From the NCBI GenBank assembly GCA_963718235.1, contig CAVQYR010000001.1, positions 672,001 through 736,000 of the forward strand: a DNA stretch of 64,000 nucleotides, given 5' to 3'. The first letter of the stretch is position 1; the number at the start of each line of letters is the position of its first letter. The notes beneath the pieces are model-generated. The model saw only the letters and a list, made by a program, of their open reading frames with translations, had not been told where the DNA came from and ran no database searches. Position numbers and translations under genes: made by a program. Below are positions 1 to 9,190 of the stretch, piece after piece. The stretch is from an uncultured Actinomycetota bacterium (GTDB taxonomy: Bacteria > Actinomycetota > Actinomycetes > JAHEKZ01).

Positions 1-902
1 CGGTGTTCCACCTCGTCTCCCACGCGTTCTTCAAGGCACTTCTGTTCCTGTGCGCCGGAGCGGTGATCCAGGCGGTCGGCTCGACGCTGATGTCGCAGAT
101 GGGCGGACTGCGTCGGAGGCTGCCGGTGACGTCCGCCACGATGGCGGTGGCGCTGCTGTCCCTGGCCGGCGTTCCTGTCCTGTCGGGGTTCTTCTCCAAG
201 GAGTCGGTGCTCGCCGCCGCCGAGCGAGCCGCGCAGGGCGACGCGGTCGTAGGGGCATGGGCGGGGTGGGCCGTGCTCGCAACCGCCCTCGTCACGATTG
301 CCGTCACCGCCGCCTATGCCGCACGGGTCTGGCTTCTCGCGTTCGCCGGCCGGTACCGGGGTGACGGCCAACCGGGCGATGCCCCGGCCGCGATGCGCTG
401 GCCGCTCGTCGTCCTGGCGGTCCCGGCGGCGGTCTTCGGGCTCACCGGCCTGGTGGCCTCGTGGTTCCCGACCTGGTCGTGGCCGACGGCGACCGCGGTG
501 CTGGACCCTGAGGCGCTGCCCCCCACCCCGCTCACGACTGGTCTGTCGGTGCTGCTCGTCGCCGCCGGGGCCGCAGTCGTCGCTCGTCGTTGGCGCGAAG
601 ACCGGACAGCCGACCCGACTCCCCTCGGCGGGGCGATCGCCGGATCGGCGAGGAGCGGATTCGGCTGGGACGCCGTGTACGAAGCCGTGGCCGTGCGCCC
701 GTTCGCCGCTGTCACCCGGCTGACCTGCGCCGTCGACGACCGCCTGATCGGACGCACCGTCCGGCAGGTGGGCCAGGCAGCCAACCACCTCGGCACGGGG
801 GTCCAGCGAGCACACCCCGGCTACGTGCAGAAGGGGCTCACTGCGGCACTGACCCTGACCGTGCTCGGTGTCGTCGTCGTCGCGGTGGCGGTGTCCACGT
901 GA
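1..902 (+). CDS. nuoL: NADH-quinone oxidoreductase subunit L, 5'-truncated by window edge
   Basis: FHLVSHAFFKALLFLCAG and GFFSKE motifs of ND5/NuoL; hydrophobic; followed by nuoM and nuoN. Confidence 0.9.
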   Translation, partial: VFHLVSHAFFKALLFLCAGAVIQAVGSTLMSQMGGLRRRLPVTSATMAVALLSLAGVPVLSGFFSKESVLAAAERAAQGDAVVGAWAGWAVLATALVTIAVTAAYAARVWLLAFAGRYRGDGQPGDAPAAMRWPLVVLAVPAAVFGLTGLVASWFPTWSWPTATAVLDPEALPPTPLTTGLSVLLVAAGAAVVARRWREDRTADPTPLGGAIAGSARSGFGWDAVYEAVAVRPFAAVTRLTCAVDDRLIGRTVRQVGQAANHLGTGVQRAHPGYVQKGLTAALTLTVLGVVVVAVAVST

Positions 903-2419
903 GCGGTTCGTGGTGGCTTCCCGTCCTCCTGGGGCTTCCCCTCGCCGGTTCGCTCGTGCTGCTCCTGGCCGGACGTCGGGCCGATCGCTGGGCCTTGGCC
1001 TTCGGGGTGGCTCTGACGGGGGTCGGCCTGTTGCTGTCCCTGCTGATGCTGGCCGGATTCGACTCCGAGGACAGCGACTCTGTGCAGTTCGAGTTCCTGG
1101 CCCCCTGGGTTCCGCAGCTGGACCTCAGTCTGCGGCTCGGTGTCGACGGCCTCTCGCTCCCGCTCGTCGTCCTGACCTCGCTGCTGTGCTTCCTGTGCGC
1201 GCTGTACTCGCTGCGCAACCTGCCCGAGCCGGGGCGCCCGGCTGCGTACGTCGGGCTGTTCCTGCTGCTGCAGGTCGGACTTCTCGGTGCCTTCGTCTCG
1301 CTCGACCTGCTGCTGTTCTTCGTGTTCTTCGAGGTCGTGCTCGTACCCATGTGGTTCCTCATCGACACCTGGGGCAGCGGCGAGAAGCGCAGCTCCGCGA
1401 ACGTGTTCATCCTGTACACGGTGCTCGGGTCGGTGGTCATGCTCCTGGGCTTCCTGCTGGTGTGGGCGAGTACCGGGACCACCGACATGGTCCTGCTCGC
1501 CGACCAGCGGGGCGAGCAGATGTCCGCCAGCGTGCAGCTGGCCGCGGCCCTGCTGATCGGGGTGGGGCTGGCCGTGAAGACCCCGGTCTGGCCCCTTCAC
1601 ACGTGGCTGCCCGACGCGCACACCGCGGCGCCGACCGCGGGCTCGGTGCTGCTCGCCGGCGTGATGCTGAAGATGGGCACGTACGGCCTCGTGCGCATCG
1701 TGCTGCCGCAGCTGCCGGAAGGGATCCGCATCGTGGCTCCGTACCTGGCTGCGCTCGGTGTGGTGGGCATCGTCTACGGCGCCTGGGCCAGCTATGCCCA
1801 GCACGACCTCAAGCGGCTGATCGCCTTCTCCTCGGTGGGACACATGGGCTTCGTCGTCCTGGGCATCGCGACGCTTACGGCTGTGGGCGTCAACGGCGCG
1901 ATGTTCGGCAACGTCGCCCACGGCCTGATCACCGGGCTGCTCTTCTTCGTCGCCGGGTCGGTCAAGCTCAGGTACGGCACCCTCGACCTGCGCACGATGC
2001 CCCGCTCGCTGTACGCGCGAGCGCCCCGGCTGGGGTTCGTGCTCGGGTTCGCGGCCGTGGCCAGCCTGGGTCTGCCCGGTCTGGCCGGGTTCTGGGGCGA
2101 GTTCCTGCCGATGCTCGGCGCGTTCCACCCGGGTGTGCCCGAGCGGGCCTTCTTCCGCGTCCTGCTCGTCGTGGCGGCAGCCGGCACCGTCTTCGCGGCT
2201 GCCTACTTCCTGCGCGTGCTGCGCCGGGTCGCGCAGGGCCCGGACACCGACGAGCGGGCAGGTGACGTGACGGGCGTCGAGGCGGCCAGCTGGCTGCCAC
2301 TGGTCGTTCTCGTCGTCCTGCTGGGTGTCCTGCCCAGCCTCCTGCTCGGACTGACCGGGCCGACCGTCGAGTCGATCCTGAGCGGGGTCGGCGAGGTCGT
2401 GACGGTGGGTGCCCCGTGA
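899..2419 (+). CDS. nuoM: NADH-quinone oxidoreductase subunit M
   Basis: GTG overlaps nuoL stop (GTGA); FFVFFEVVLVPMW, WPLHTWLPDAH, LKMGTYG, LKRLIAFSSVGHMG motifs. Confidence 0.92.
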   Translation: MSGSWWLPVLLGLPLAGSLVLLLAGRRADRWALAFGVALTGVGLLLSLLMLAGFDSEDSDSVQFEFLAPWVPQLDLSLRLGVDGLSLPLVVLTSLLCFLCALYSLRNLPEPGRPAAYVGLFLLLQVGLLGAFVSLDLLLFFVFFEVVLVPMWFLIDTWGSGEKRSSANVFILYTVLGSVVMLLGFLLVWASTGTTDMVLLADQRGEQMSASVQLAAALLIGVGLAVKTPVWPLHTWLPDAHTAAPTAGSVLLAGVMLKMGTYGLVRIVLPQLPEGIRIVAPYLAALGVVGIVYGAWASYAQHDLKRLIAFSSVGHMGFVVLGIATLTAVGVNGAMFGNVAHGLITGLLFFVAGSVKLRYGTLDLRTMPRSLYARAPRLGFVLGFAAVASLGLPGLAGFWGEFLPMLGAFHPGVPERAFFRVLLVVAAAGTVFAAAYFLRVLRRVAQGPDTDERAGDVTGVEAASWLPLVVLVVLLGVLPSLLLGLTGPTVESILSGVGEVVTVGAP

Positions 2420-3876
2420 CCACCCAGTCGGTCGACTACGTCGTCCTGGCACCGGTCCTGGTCCTCGCGCTGGGCGCCCTCGTCGCGCTGGTCACCGACC
2501 TGTTCGGCCCTCCCGGCTCCTCACGTGCGGGGTGGGTCGCCGGGATCGTCGTCCTGGCCGCCGGGCTGACGCTGCCGCCGACCCTCGACGGGCGCACGCT
2601 GTGCAGCGCTGACGTCGGCTGCGCCTACGTCGTCGACTCGACGGCCTGGGCCTTCCAGCTCATCGTGGTCGCGTCGACCTTCGTCGTCGTCCTCCTGTCG
2701 GTGAGCACCGTCGCCGACGACCACCTGCCGGCCGGTGAGTACTACTTCCTGCTCCTGGGCTCGGCCGCGGCTGCCGTGGCGCTGCCCTCCACCCGTGACC
2801 TGGTCAGCCTGATCGTCGTCCTGGAGGTCGTGTCGCTGCCGACGTTCGCCCTCGTGGCACTGAGACGCGGGGACCGTCGGGCCGGTGAGGCCGCGCTGAA
2901 GCTGTTCCTGTACTCCGTGGTGTCGGTCGCGGTCGCGCTCTACGGGGTCGCGCTCGTCTACGGCAGCACCGGATCGGTGACCTTCGCCGGGATCGCGACC
3001 GCCGTGGCCGACCCGCAGGTGCGCACTCCCGTACTGGCCGCCGGGCTCGTCATGGTGCTCGCCGTCCTGCTGTTCAAGATCGCCGCGTTCCCGTTCAACG
3101 CGTGGGCACCGGACACCTACCAGGGGGCGCCCGTCCCCGTCGCGGCGTACCTGTCGGTCGTGTCCAAGCTGGCCGGCTTCGCCGGGCTCGTGCTGCTCGC
3201 GAGCACGTTCGTGGCCTGGCCCGCCGCCTGGGCCGGCGTGCTCGCCGTCTCGTCAGCAGTGACCATGGTCGGGGCGAACGTAGCGGCGCTGCGCCAGGTC
3301 CGAGCCGTTCGGCTGCTTGCCTGGTCCTCGGTGGCCCAGGCCGGGTACGTGCTCGTCCCCCTGGCCGCGCTGGTGGGGAACGGGCGTCCGCAGGTCGGTG
3401 TTCTGGCAACCATGGTGGCCTACCTGGCGGTCTACGCAGCCATGAACCTGGGCGCCTTCTCGGTCGTGGCCGTGGTGGCCCGCCGCCGTCCCGACCCGAC
3501 CCTGGCCGACTTCGACGGGCTCGCCCGGGAGAACCCGTGGCTCGGCGTGGCGCTGGCGGTCTTCCTGGCGGCGCTGGCGGGGCTGCCGCCGGGCCTGAGC
3601 GGACTGTTCGCCAAGGTCGGGGTGCTCGCCGTCCCGGCCGGGACGGGTGCCTGGTGGCTGGCGGGCGCGATGGGCGTCGCGACGGTGATCGGCCTGGCGT
3701 ACTACCTGCCGTGGGCGGCTCGGCTCTTCCGCCGGGGACCGGGTGGACACGTGCCAGAGGGGCCGCCCGGTGAGCAGGTGCCGGTCGGACTCGGTGCCGC
3801 CACCGCCGTGGCGCTCCTGGTGACCGCGGTGCTGTCGGTGGCACCGGCTCTGGCGTTCGGCTTGATCGACGGGTGA
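2416..3876 (+). CDS. nuoN: NADH-quinone oxidoreductase subunit N
   Basis: GEYYFLLL, EAALK, FKIAAFPFNAWAPDTYQGAP, RLLAWSSVAQAGY motifs. Confidence 0.92.
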   Translation: MTTQSVDYVVLAPVLVLALGALVALVTDLFGPPGSSRAGWVAGIVVLAAGLTLPPTLDGRTLCSADVGCAYVVDSTAWAFQLIVVASTFVVVLLSVSTVADDHLPAGEYYFLLLGSAAAAVALPSTRDLVSLIVVLEVVSLPTFALVALRRGDRRAGEAALKLFLYSVVSVAVALYGVALVYGSTGSVTFAGIATAVADPQVRTPVLAAGLVMVLAVLLFKIAAFPFNAWAPDTYQGAPVPVAAYLSVVSKLAGFAGLVLLASTFVAWPAAWAGVLAVSSAVTMVGANVAALRQVRAVRLLAWSSVAQAGYVLVPLAALVGNGRPQVGVLATMVAYLAVYAAMNLGAFSVVAVVARRRPDPTLADFDGLARENPWLGVALAVFLAALAGLPPGLSGLFAKVGVLAVPAGTGAWWLAGAMGVATVIGLAYYLPWAARLFRRGPGGHVPEGPPGEQVPVGLGAATAVALLVTAVLSVAPALAFGLIDG

Positions 3877-3961
3877 CCTGGGCGGTAGCAAGGAGGGGAA
3901 CGATTCTGGTCCTGCTGGTCGTTCCACGGTCCGTGGACGTGAGCGGCGCGAAAGGGAAGTC

Positions 3962-4822
3962 GTGAGTCGGCACTACTACAACGGGTTCAAGACGGCGGCC
4001 CTGCTGGGGCTGCTCACCGCGGTGATCATGGTCGTGGGTGCCTGGTTCGGCGGCACCCAGGGCCTGGTCATCGCGTTCGTGATCGCGCTGGCCACCAACG
4101 CGTTCGCGTACTGGAACAGCGGCTCCATGGCGCTGCGGTCGATGCGCGCGCGGCCGGTCAGCGAGGCCGAGCAGCCGGTCATGTACCGCGTCGTCCGCGA
4201 GATCGCGACCCAGCAGCGTCAGCCGATGCCCACGCTCCACGTGTCTCCCACGATGGCGCCGAACGCGTTCGCGACCGGGCGCAACCCCCGCAACGCCGCG
4301 GTGTGCTGCACCGAGGGCATCCTGCAGCTGCTCGACGAGCGCGAGCTGCGAGGCGTGCTCGCCCACGAGCTCGCCCACGTGTACAACCGCGACATCCTGA
4401 TCGCCTCGGTGGCGGCCACCTTGGCCGGGATCATCGTGTTCGCCGCCAACCTGGCGTGGCTCATCCCGATGGGTGGCAACAACCGGGACGGCGGCAACGT
4501 CCTCGGTGCACTGCTGCTCATGCTGCTCGGACCGCTGGCGGCGGGCCTGATCCAGATGGCGATCAGCCGCTCCCGGGAGTACCAGGCTGACTTCTCCGGC
4601 GCGCAGATGACCGGCGACCCGCTCGCGCTGGCCAGCGCGCTGCGCAAGCTCGAGGTCGGGGTGGCCGCCGCGCCCCTGCGTCCGGAGCCGCAGCTGGAGA
4701 CGGCCAGCGCGCTGATGATCGCCAACCCGTTCCGACCCGGTGGGATGTCGAGCCTGTTCTCCACCCACCCCCCGACCAGTGACCGGGTCGCCCGGCTGGA
4801 GGAGATGGCGGGTCTGCGCTGA
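3962..4822 (+). CDS. htpX: Zinc metalloprotease HtpX (M48)
   Basis: PNAFATGRNP, HELAH zinc motif, ISRSREYQAD, FSTHPP. Confidence 0.95.
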   Translation: MSRHYYNGFKTAALLGLLTAVIMVVGAWFGGTQGLVIAFVIALATNAFAYWNSGSMALRSMRARPVSEAEQPVMYRVVREIATQQRQPMPTLHVSPTMAPNAFATGRNPRNAAVCCTEGILQLLDERELRGVLAHELAHVYNRDILIASVAATLAGIIVFAANLAWLIPMGGNNRDGGNVLGALLLMLLGPLAAGLIQMAISRSREYQADFSGAQMTGDPLALASALRKLEVGVAAAPLRPEPQLETASALMIANPFRPGGMSSLFSTHPPTSDRVARLEEMAGLR

Positions 4823-4835
4823 GCGGTCCGGCCGC

Positions 4836-5864
4836 CTAGCCGCGGTCGACCGGTCGGGCGGCTCCGGTCCGCTCCGCGGCCCAGCGCAGCGGCTCGGTCA
4901 ACCTCCACGACCGGCTGGCGTGCAGGGCCGCGAGCTCCGCCTCGAGCGCCCGGAGCCGGTCCTGCTGCTCCTCGCTGAGCCGGCGGCCCTCGACGGCCGC
5001 TCGGTGGACGACCTCGTAACGGCGGTTGCGCCCGCGCACGTCGTTGAGCCAGTCGAGGTCGATCGGCCGGTCGTCCGCCGTTGGCACCGCGCGCTCGTAC
5101 CCCAGGGTCGTGAAGTCGTCGTCGTACAGGGCGGTGATCGCCGCGAGGGCCGGGTCGGAGACGAGCTCCGGCAGGTAGGGGATGACGTTCTCGTTGATCC
5201 TGAGCGGGGCCGTGGGTGTGATGCCGTGGTCGCGCAGGTGGCCAGCGACCGTCTCCAGGCCCTCGGTCATCGCCTCCTGCCGCAGCTGCAGCATGGAACC
5301 GGCCGGTTCGCGCCCGAGCAGGAGGTGCTGCGGCCAGAGGTGCACGTCGAACGTCATCCAGTCCCCGACGTCTTCGACCTGGCGCTGCAAGGCCAGCACG
5401 AACTCCTCGAAGAGCTCGCGGATCTGTGCACTCGACTCGATCCGGTCCGGTGGGAGGGGGAAGTCCTCGGGCAGGCGCTCGTTGTAGTACGGCTCGAGCG
5501 TGAGGTACTTGCCGGCCCATGCCGAGAACATCCGGGTGACGGGGTGGCGTACCGGGAGAACGGAGAGCACGTCGTCGGAGGCCAACGCGTCGTGGCGCTC
5601 CGCCGCGCTCAGGGAGTCCCAGGTGAACCGCAGGTCGACCGAGGTGTCCCACACCGTCTGGGCGGGGGCCGACTCACCCCACAGGGACTCCGCCGTCCGC
5701 TTGGTGACGTCGATCCCGTGCGACTCCAGCAGCCACCACCTCAGGCTCGTCCCGGCCGCCTTGGGGTTGCCCGCGATGAACAGCCGGGACACGGGGAAGA
5801 ACATCGATGTGTGCAGCGAGTGACGCACGAAGCGGTCGAGACCGTCCTCCGGCACGTCGTTCAC
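4836..5864 (-). CDS. Sulfotransferase family 2-like protein with C-terminal coiled coil
   Basis: NPKAAGTSL (5'-PSB loop), VRHPVTRMFSAW (3'-PB motif), HLWPQ, LYDDDFTTLGY. Confidence 0.75.
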   Translation of the reverse strand: MNDVPEDGLDRFVRHSLHTSMFFPVSRLFIAGNPKAAGTSLRWWLLESHGIDVTKRTAESLWGESAPAQTVWDTSVDLRFTWDSLSAAERHDALASDDVLSVLPVRHPVTRMFSAWAGKYLTLEPYYNERLPEDFPLPPDRIESSAQIRELFEEFVLALQRQVEDVGDWMTFDVHLWPQHLLLGREPAGSMLQLRQEAMTEGLETVAGHLRDHGITPTAPLRINENVIPYLPELVSDPALAAITALYDDDFTTLGYERAVPTADDRPIDLDWLNDVRGRNRRYEVVHRAAVEGRRLSEEQQDRLRALEAELAALHASRSWRLTEPLRWAAERTGAARPVDRG

Positions 5865-5882
5865 GGGTGCAGGCCGGACACG

Positions 5883-6374
5883 TCAGCGGTAGTTGACGAA
5901 CTGCAGGGCGACATCGAGGTCCTTGCTTTTGAGCAGTGCGATGACCTCCTGGAGGTCGTCACGGCTCTTGCTCGTGACCCGCAGCTCGTCACCCTGGATC
6001 TGGGCCTTGACCCCCTTGGGGCCCTCGTCGCGGATGATCTTGGCGACCTTCTTGGCGTTCTCGCTGGACATGCCGTTGGAGAAGGTGCCGGTGAGCCGGA
6101 CTTCCTTGCCCGAGGGCTTGGGGTCGCCGGTCTCCAGCGCCTTCAGCGACACGCCGCGCTTGACCAGCTTGCTCTGGAAGACGTCGAGCACGGCCTTGGC
6201 CCGGTCCTCGGAGTTGGCGGTGATCTCCACGCCCCACTCCCCGGACCACTCGATCGCGGCACCGGTGTTCTTGAAGTCGAACCGCTGAGAGATCTCCTTG
6301 GCGGCTTGGTTCAGCGCGTTGTCGACCTCTTGGCGGTCGACCTTGCTGACGACGTCGAACGATGAATCGGCCAT
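5883..6374 (-). CDS. yajQ: YajQ family nucleotide-binding protein
   Basis: [17 protein letters not shown]...RFDFK...[16 protein letters not shown]...LQFVNYR. Confidence 0.95.
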   Translation of the reverse strand: MADSSFDVVSKVDRQEVDNALNQAAKEISQRFDFKNTGAAIEWSGEWGVEITANSEDRAKAVLDVFQSKLVKRGVSLKALETGDPKPSGKEVRLTGTFSNGMSSENAKKVAKIIRDEGPKGVKAQIQGDELRVTSKSRDDLQEVIALLKSKDLDVALQFVNYR

Positions 6375-6430
6375 GCGAAACCTCCCGGATGTGCTGCGCT
6401 ATTCTGGCAGCCGCTTCCGCGAGGGGGCAT

Positions 6431-6512
6431 GGCAGGTTGCCCGAGTGGCCAATGGGAGCGGACTGTAAATCCGTCGGCTTAGCCTTCGTTGGTTCGAATC
6501 CAACACCTGCCA
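6431..6512 (+). tRNA. tRNA-Tyr(GTA)
   Basis: GGCAGGT/ACCTGCC acceptor stem, anticodon arm GCGGA-CTGTAAA-TCCGT, long variable arm, GGTTCGAATCC; CCA not encoded. Confidence 0.96.
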
Positions 6513-6516
6513 CAGC

Positions 6517-6541
6517 GACGCCCGGCCTCCCGCCGGGCGTC
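6517..6541. terminator. 10-bp GC hairpin between tRNA-Tyr and convergent ORF
   Basis: GACGCCCGGC-CTCCC-GCCGGGCGTC perfect inverted repeat. Confidence 0.55.
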
Positions 6542-6881
6542 ACCGTTTCCGGGCCCGGAGGGCCACGGCGACGACTCCCGCCGCTGTGAGCGAGATGACG
6601 ACCCCGAGGGCTTGGGCCCGACCCGTGGGCTGAGCGCCGATCGAGCCGAAACCACCGGCGGCCATGGCCGACCCGAGGCTGCCGGCGCTCAAGGCCGAGG
6701 CGATCGAGCCGGCCGAGCCGATCGAGGCGACCGAGCCTGCGCTCCCGACGGACAGCACCGAACCGACCGAGCCGACGCTGGCGATGCTGAACACGCTGTT
6801 GGACGACGCGATGGAGGCGAACGAGTCCTGGGACCACAGGGACCAAGGGGAGGTGGTGCCTGGTGCGTGCTCGGCGCTCAT
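6540..6881 (-). CDS. Small hypothetical protein, Ser-x-x periodic repeats plus C-terminal TM helix
   Basis: RBS-like GAAGGAG upstream of ATG; SIASVGSVGSVLSVGSAGSVASIGSAGS; hydrophobic C-terminus ending RARKR. Confidence 0.7.
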   Translation of the reverse strand: MSAEHAPGTTSPWSLWSQDSFASIASSNSVFSIASVGSVGSVLSVGSAGSVASIGSAGSIASALSAGSLGSAMAAGGFGSIGAQPTGRAQALGVVISLTAAGVVAVALRARKR

Positions 6882-6988
6882 CGGTGGCTCCTTCGTCGGT
6901 CGACCGCGATTTCCGGCGGCTGGACCGCCTTGTGTACCCTAGGCGGGCTCGTCGTTGGTCTGTGGCCGCCCAGGCGGCCGTCGAGCGT

Positions 6989-7061
6989 GCCCCAATAGCT
7001 CAGTCGGCAGAGCGTCTCCATGGTAAGGAGAAGGTCTACGGTTCGATTCCGTATTGGGGCT
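6989..7061 (+). tRNA. tRNA-Thr(GGT)
   Basis: GCCCCAA/TTGGGGC acceptor stem, TCTCC-ATGGTAA-GGAGA anticodon arm, GGTTCGATTCC. Confidence 0.96.
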
Positions 7062-7108
7062 CTGGGGACCGCACTCTCGCCGTCGTGTGGTGATGGTCGG
7101 TCTCGGCG

Positions 7109-7182
7109 GGCGGGGTAGCTCAGTCTGGCAGAGCAAGCGGCTCATAATCGCTGTGTCGCCGGTTCAAATCCGGCCTCCGCTA
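7109..7182 (+). tRNA. tRNA-Met(CAT), elongator type
   Basis: GGCGGGG/CTCCGCT acceptor, AGCGG-CTCATAA-TCGCT anticodon arm, GGTTCAAATCC; usual Thr-Met-rpmG position. Confidence 0.93.
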
Positions 7183-7273
7183 CGAGGACGGTTCGCGCAC
7201 GACCCGCGGTGCCACGTCGGCACCCGCGAAACATGGTCCGACCAGGCTAGATCCGACAAGGCTAGGAGTTCCG

Positions 7274-7441
7274 GTGGCTTCCAGGAGCGACGTTCGACCC
7301 AAGATCACGATGGCGTGTGCCGACTGCAAGCACCGCAACTACATCACCCGCAAGAACCGGCGCAACGACCCGGACCGGATCTCGCTGCAGAAGTTCTGCC
7401 CGAACTGCGGCAAGCACACCGAGCACCGCGAGACCCGCTGA
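7274..7441 (+). CDS. rpmG: 50S ribosomal protein L33, zinc-binding C+ form
   Basis: Hand-translated (absent from ORF track): [55 protein letters not shown]; AGGAG RBS. Confidence 0.96.
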   Translation: MASRSDVRPKITMACADCKHRNYITRKNRRNDPDRISLQKFCPNCGKHTEHRETR

Positions 7442-7443
7442 GC

Positions 7444-8256
7444 GTGCGCCTCGCCGGCCGGACCGCCCTGGTCACCGGGGCCGGGCGCGGGATCGGTGCG
7501 GCCACGGCCCACCGGCTCGCCAGTGAGGGCGCCCGGGTCGTGGTCAACGACCTCGACGTCACGCTCGCCGGGGCGGTGGCCGACGAGATCCTCGCCGAAG
7601 GCGGCGCGGCGGTGGCCGCTCCGGCCGACCTCCTCGACGTCGACGCCGTCGACCACCTGGTCACCTCGCTGGTCGGGACCTGGGGCGTGCCCGACGTCGT
7701 GGTCAACAACGCAGGCACCACCCGCGACCGGATGTTCCACCGCATGGACGCCGAGACCTTCGCCTTCGGCGTCGACGCCAACCTGACCACGACGGTGAAT
7801 GTGACCCGGGCGACCGTGGCCGTGATGCGCGCCGCGGCCAAGGACGAGATCGCCCGGTCCGGCACGCCGGACTGTGTGCGCAAGATCGTCTTCACCTCTT
7901 CGGTCGCCGCGTTGACCGGCAACCCGGGCCAGGCCAACTACACCGCCGCCAAGGGGGCGCTCATCTCCTTGGCGAAGACCCTCGCCTCGGAGCTGGGTCC
8001 TTTCGGGATCACGGTCAACGTCGTGGCACCCGGCTTCGTCGAGACCAGACTGACCGCGGCCAACGACGACGGGAACGCCGAGCTGGGGATTCCCGGCTCG
8101 GTACGCGACTCCATCCGCGCGATGATCGCCCTGGGTCGGCTCGGGCAGCCGTCGGACATCGCCGCCGTCCATGCCTTCCTGGCATCCTCGGACTCCGACT
8201 TCATGTCCGGGGTCACCCTGCCGGTCACCGGCGGGCAGTTCGGAGGGATGGGATGA
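7444..8256 (+). CDS. Short-chain dehydrogenase/reductase, FabG-like 3-oxoacyl reductase
   Basis: TGAGRGIG, NNAG, TSS, YTAAK catalytic motif, NVVAPGFVET. Confidence 0.88.
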   Translation: MRLAGRTALVTGAGRGIGAATAHRLASEGARVVVNDLDVTLAGAVADEILAEGGAAVAAPADLLDVDAVDHLVTSLVGTWGVPDVVVNNAGTTRDRMFHRMDAETFAFGVDANLTTTVNVTRATVAVMRAAAKDEIARSGTPDCVRKIVFTSSVAALTGNPGQANYTAAKGALISLAKTLASELGPFGITVNVVAPGFVETRLTAANDDGNAELGIPGSVRDSIRAMIALGRLGQPSDIAAVHAFLASSDSDFMSGVTLPVTGGQFGGMG

Positions 8257-8257
8257 C

Positions 8258-8713
8258 GTGGGGCTGAACCTGGAGCTGCTGGGCAAGACCTACCCACCGA
8301 TGACCTATGAGGTCGGCCGAGAGAAGATCCGGGAGTTCGCCGAAGCCGTCGGCGACGACAACCCGGCCTATCGCGACGCCGACGCCGCGCGGGCTCTGGG
8401 CCACCCGGACGTCGTGGCCCCGCCCACCTTCGCCGTCGTCGCCACTCGCGGACCCCAGATCGCGGTCATCGAGGATCCGCAGCTCGGCCTGGACTTCACC
8501 CGGGTGGTGCACGGCGACCAGCGGTTCACCTTCCACCGCCCGATCGTGGCCGGTGACCGGCTGGTGGTCACCGCGGCGATCGACACCGCCCGGACGGTGG
8601 CGGGCAACGACATCCTGACGATCCGCAGCGACATCACCGACGACCAAGGGGCCGAGGTGGCCTCGGTGTGGGCCACCCTCGTGGCGCGCGCCCCCGAAGA
8701 GAAGGGCTCCTGA
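8258..8713 (+). CDS. MaoC N-terminal-like hotdog dehydratase subunit (HadA-like)
   Basis: YEVGREKIREFAEAVG, APPTF, RVVHGDQRFTFHRPIVAGD. Confidence 0.88.
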   Translation: MGLNLELLGKTYPPMTYEVGREKIREFAEAVGDDNPAYRDADAARALGHPDVVAPPTFAVVATRGPQIAVIEDPQLGLDFTRVVHGDQRFTFHRPIVAGDRLVVTAAIDTARTVAGNDILTIRSDITDDQGAEVASVWATLVARAPEEKGS

Positions 8714-8714
8714 G

Positions 8715-9143
8715 ATGGCCGCCACCGTCTCCTTCGACGACGTCGAGGTCGGGACCCCGCTGCCGGAGCAGGTGTTCACCGTGCGCCGGCTCGACCTCGT
8801 CCGCTACGCCGGGGCGTCCGGTGACTTCAACGTCATCCACTGGAACGAGCGCGTGGCCAAGGAGGTGGGTCTTCCCGACGTCATCGCCCATGGCATGTTC
8901 ACCATGGCCGAGGCGATCCGGGTGGTCACCGACTGGGTCGGCGACCCGGGCGCGGTGGTCGGGTACCGCGTGCGCTTCACCCGGCCCGTTCCGGTGCCCG
9001 ACGACGACCGTGGGGCCACGTTGGTGGTGTCTGCGGCGGTCACCGAGAAGCTGCCCGATCGGAGGGTGGAGGTCGAGCTCAAGGCCCTGTGCGACGACCA
9101 GAAGGTGCTCGGCATGGCACGCGCCGTCGTTCAGCTCGGTTGA
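8715..9143 (+). CDS. MaoC dehydratase catalytic subunit (HadB-like)
   Basis: Hydratase-2 motif YAGASGDFNVIHW, IAHGMFTM. Confidence 0.9.
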   Translation: MAATVSFDDVEVGTPLPEQVFTVRRLDLVRYAGASGDFNVIHWNERVAKEVGLPDVIAHGMFTMAEAIRVVTDWVGDPGAVVGYRVRFTRPVPVPDDDRGATLVVSAAVTEKLPDRRVEVELKALCDDQKVLGMARAVVQLG

Positions 9144-9190
9144 GCGATGCGCCTGCGGTGCCCGCCGTGCTGCGGGCATAGGTTGGGCGC

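Noticed and set aside
7054-8256. 400-aa ORF as an N-terminally extended SDR
   Set aside because: The extension runs through tRNA-Met and rpmG; the real start is GTG 7444
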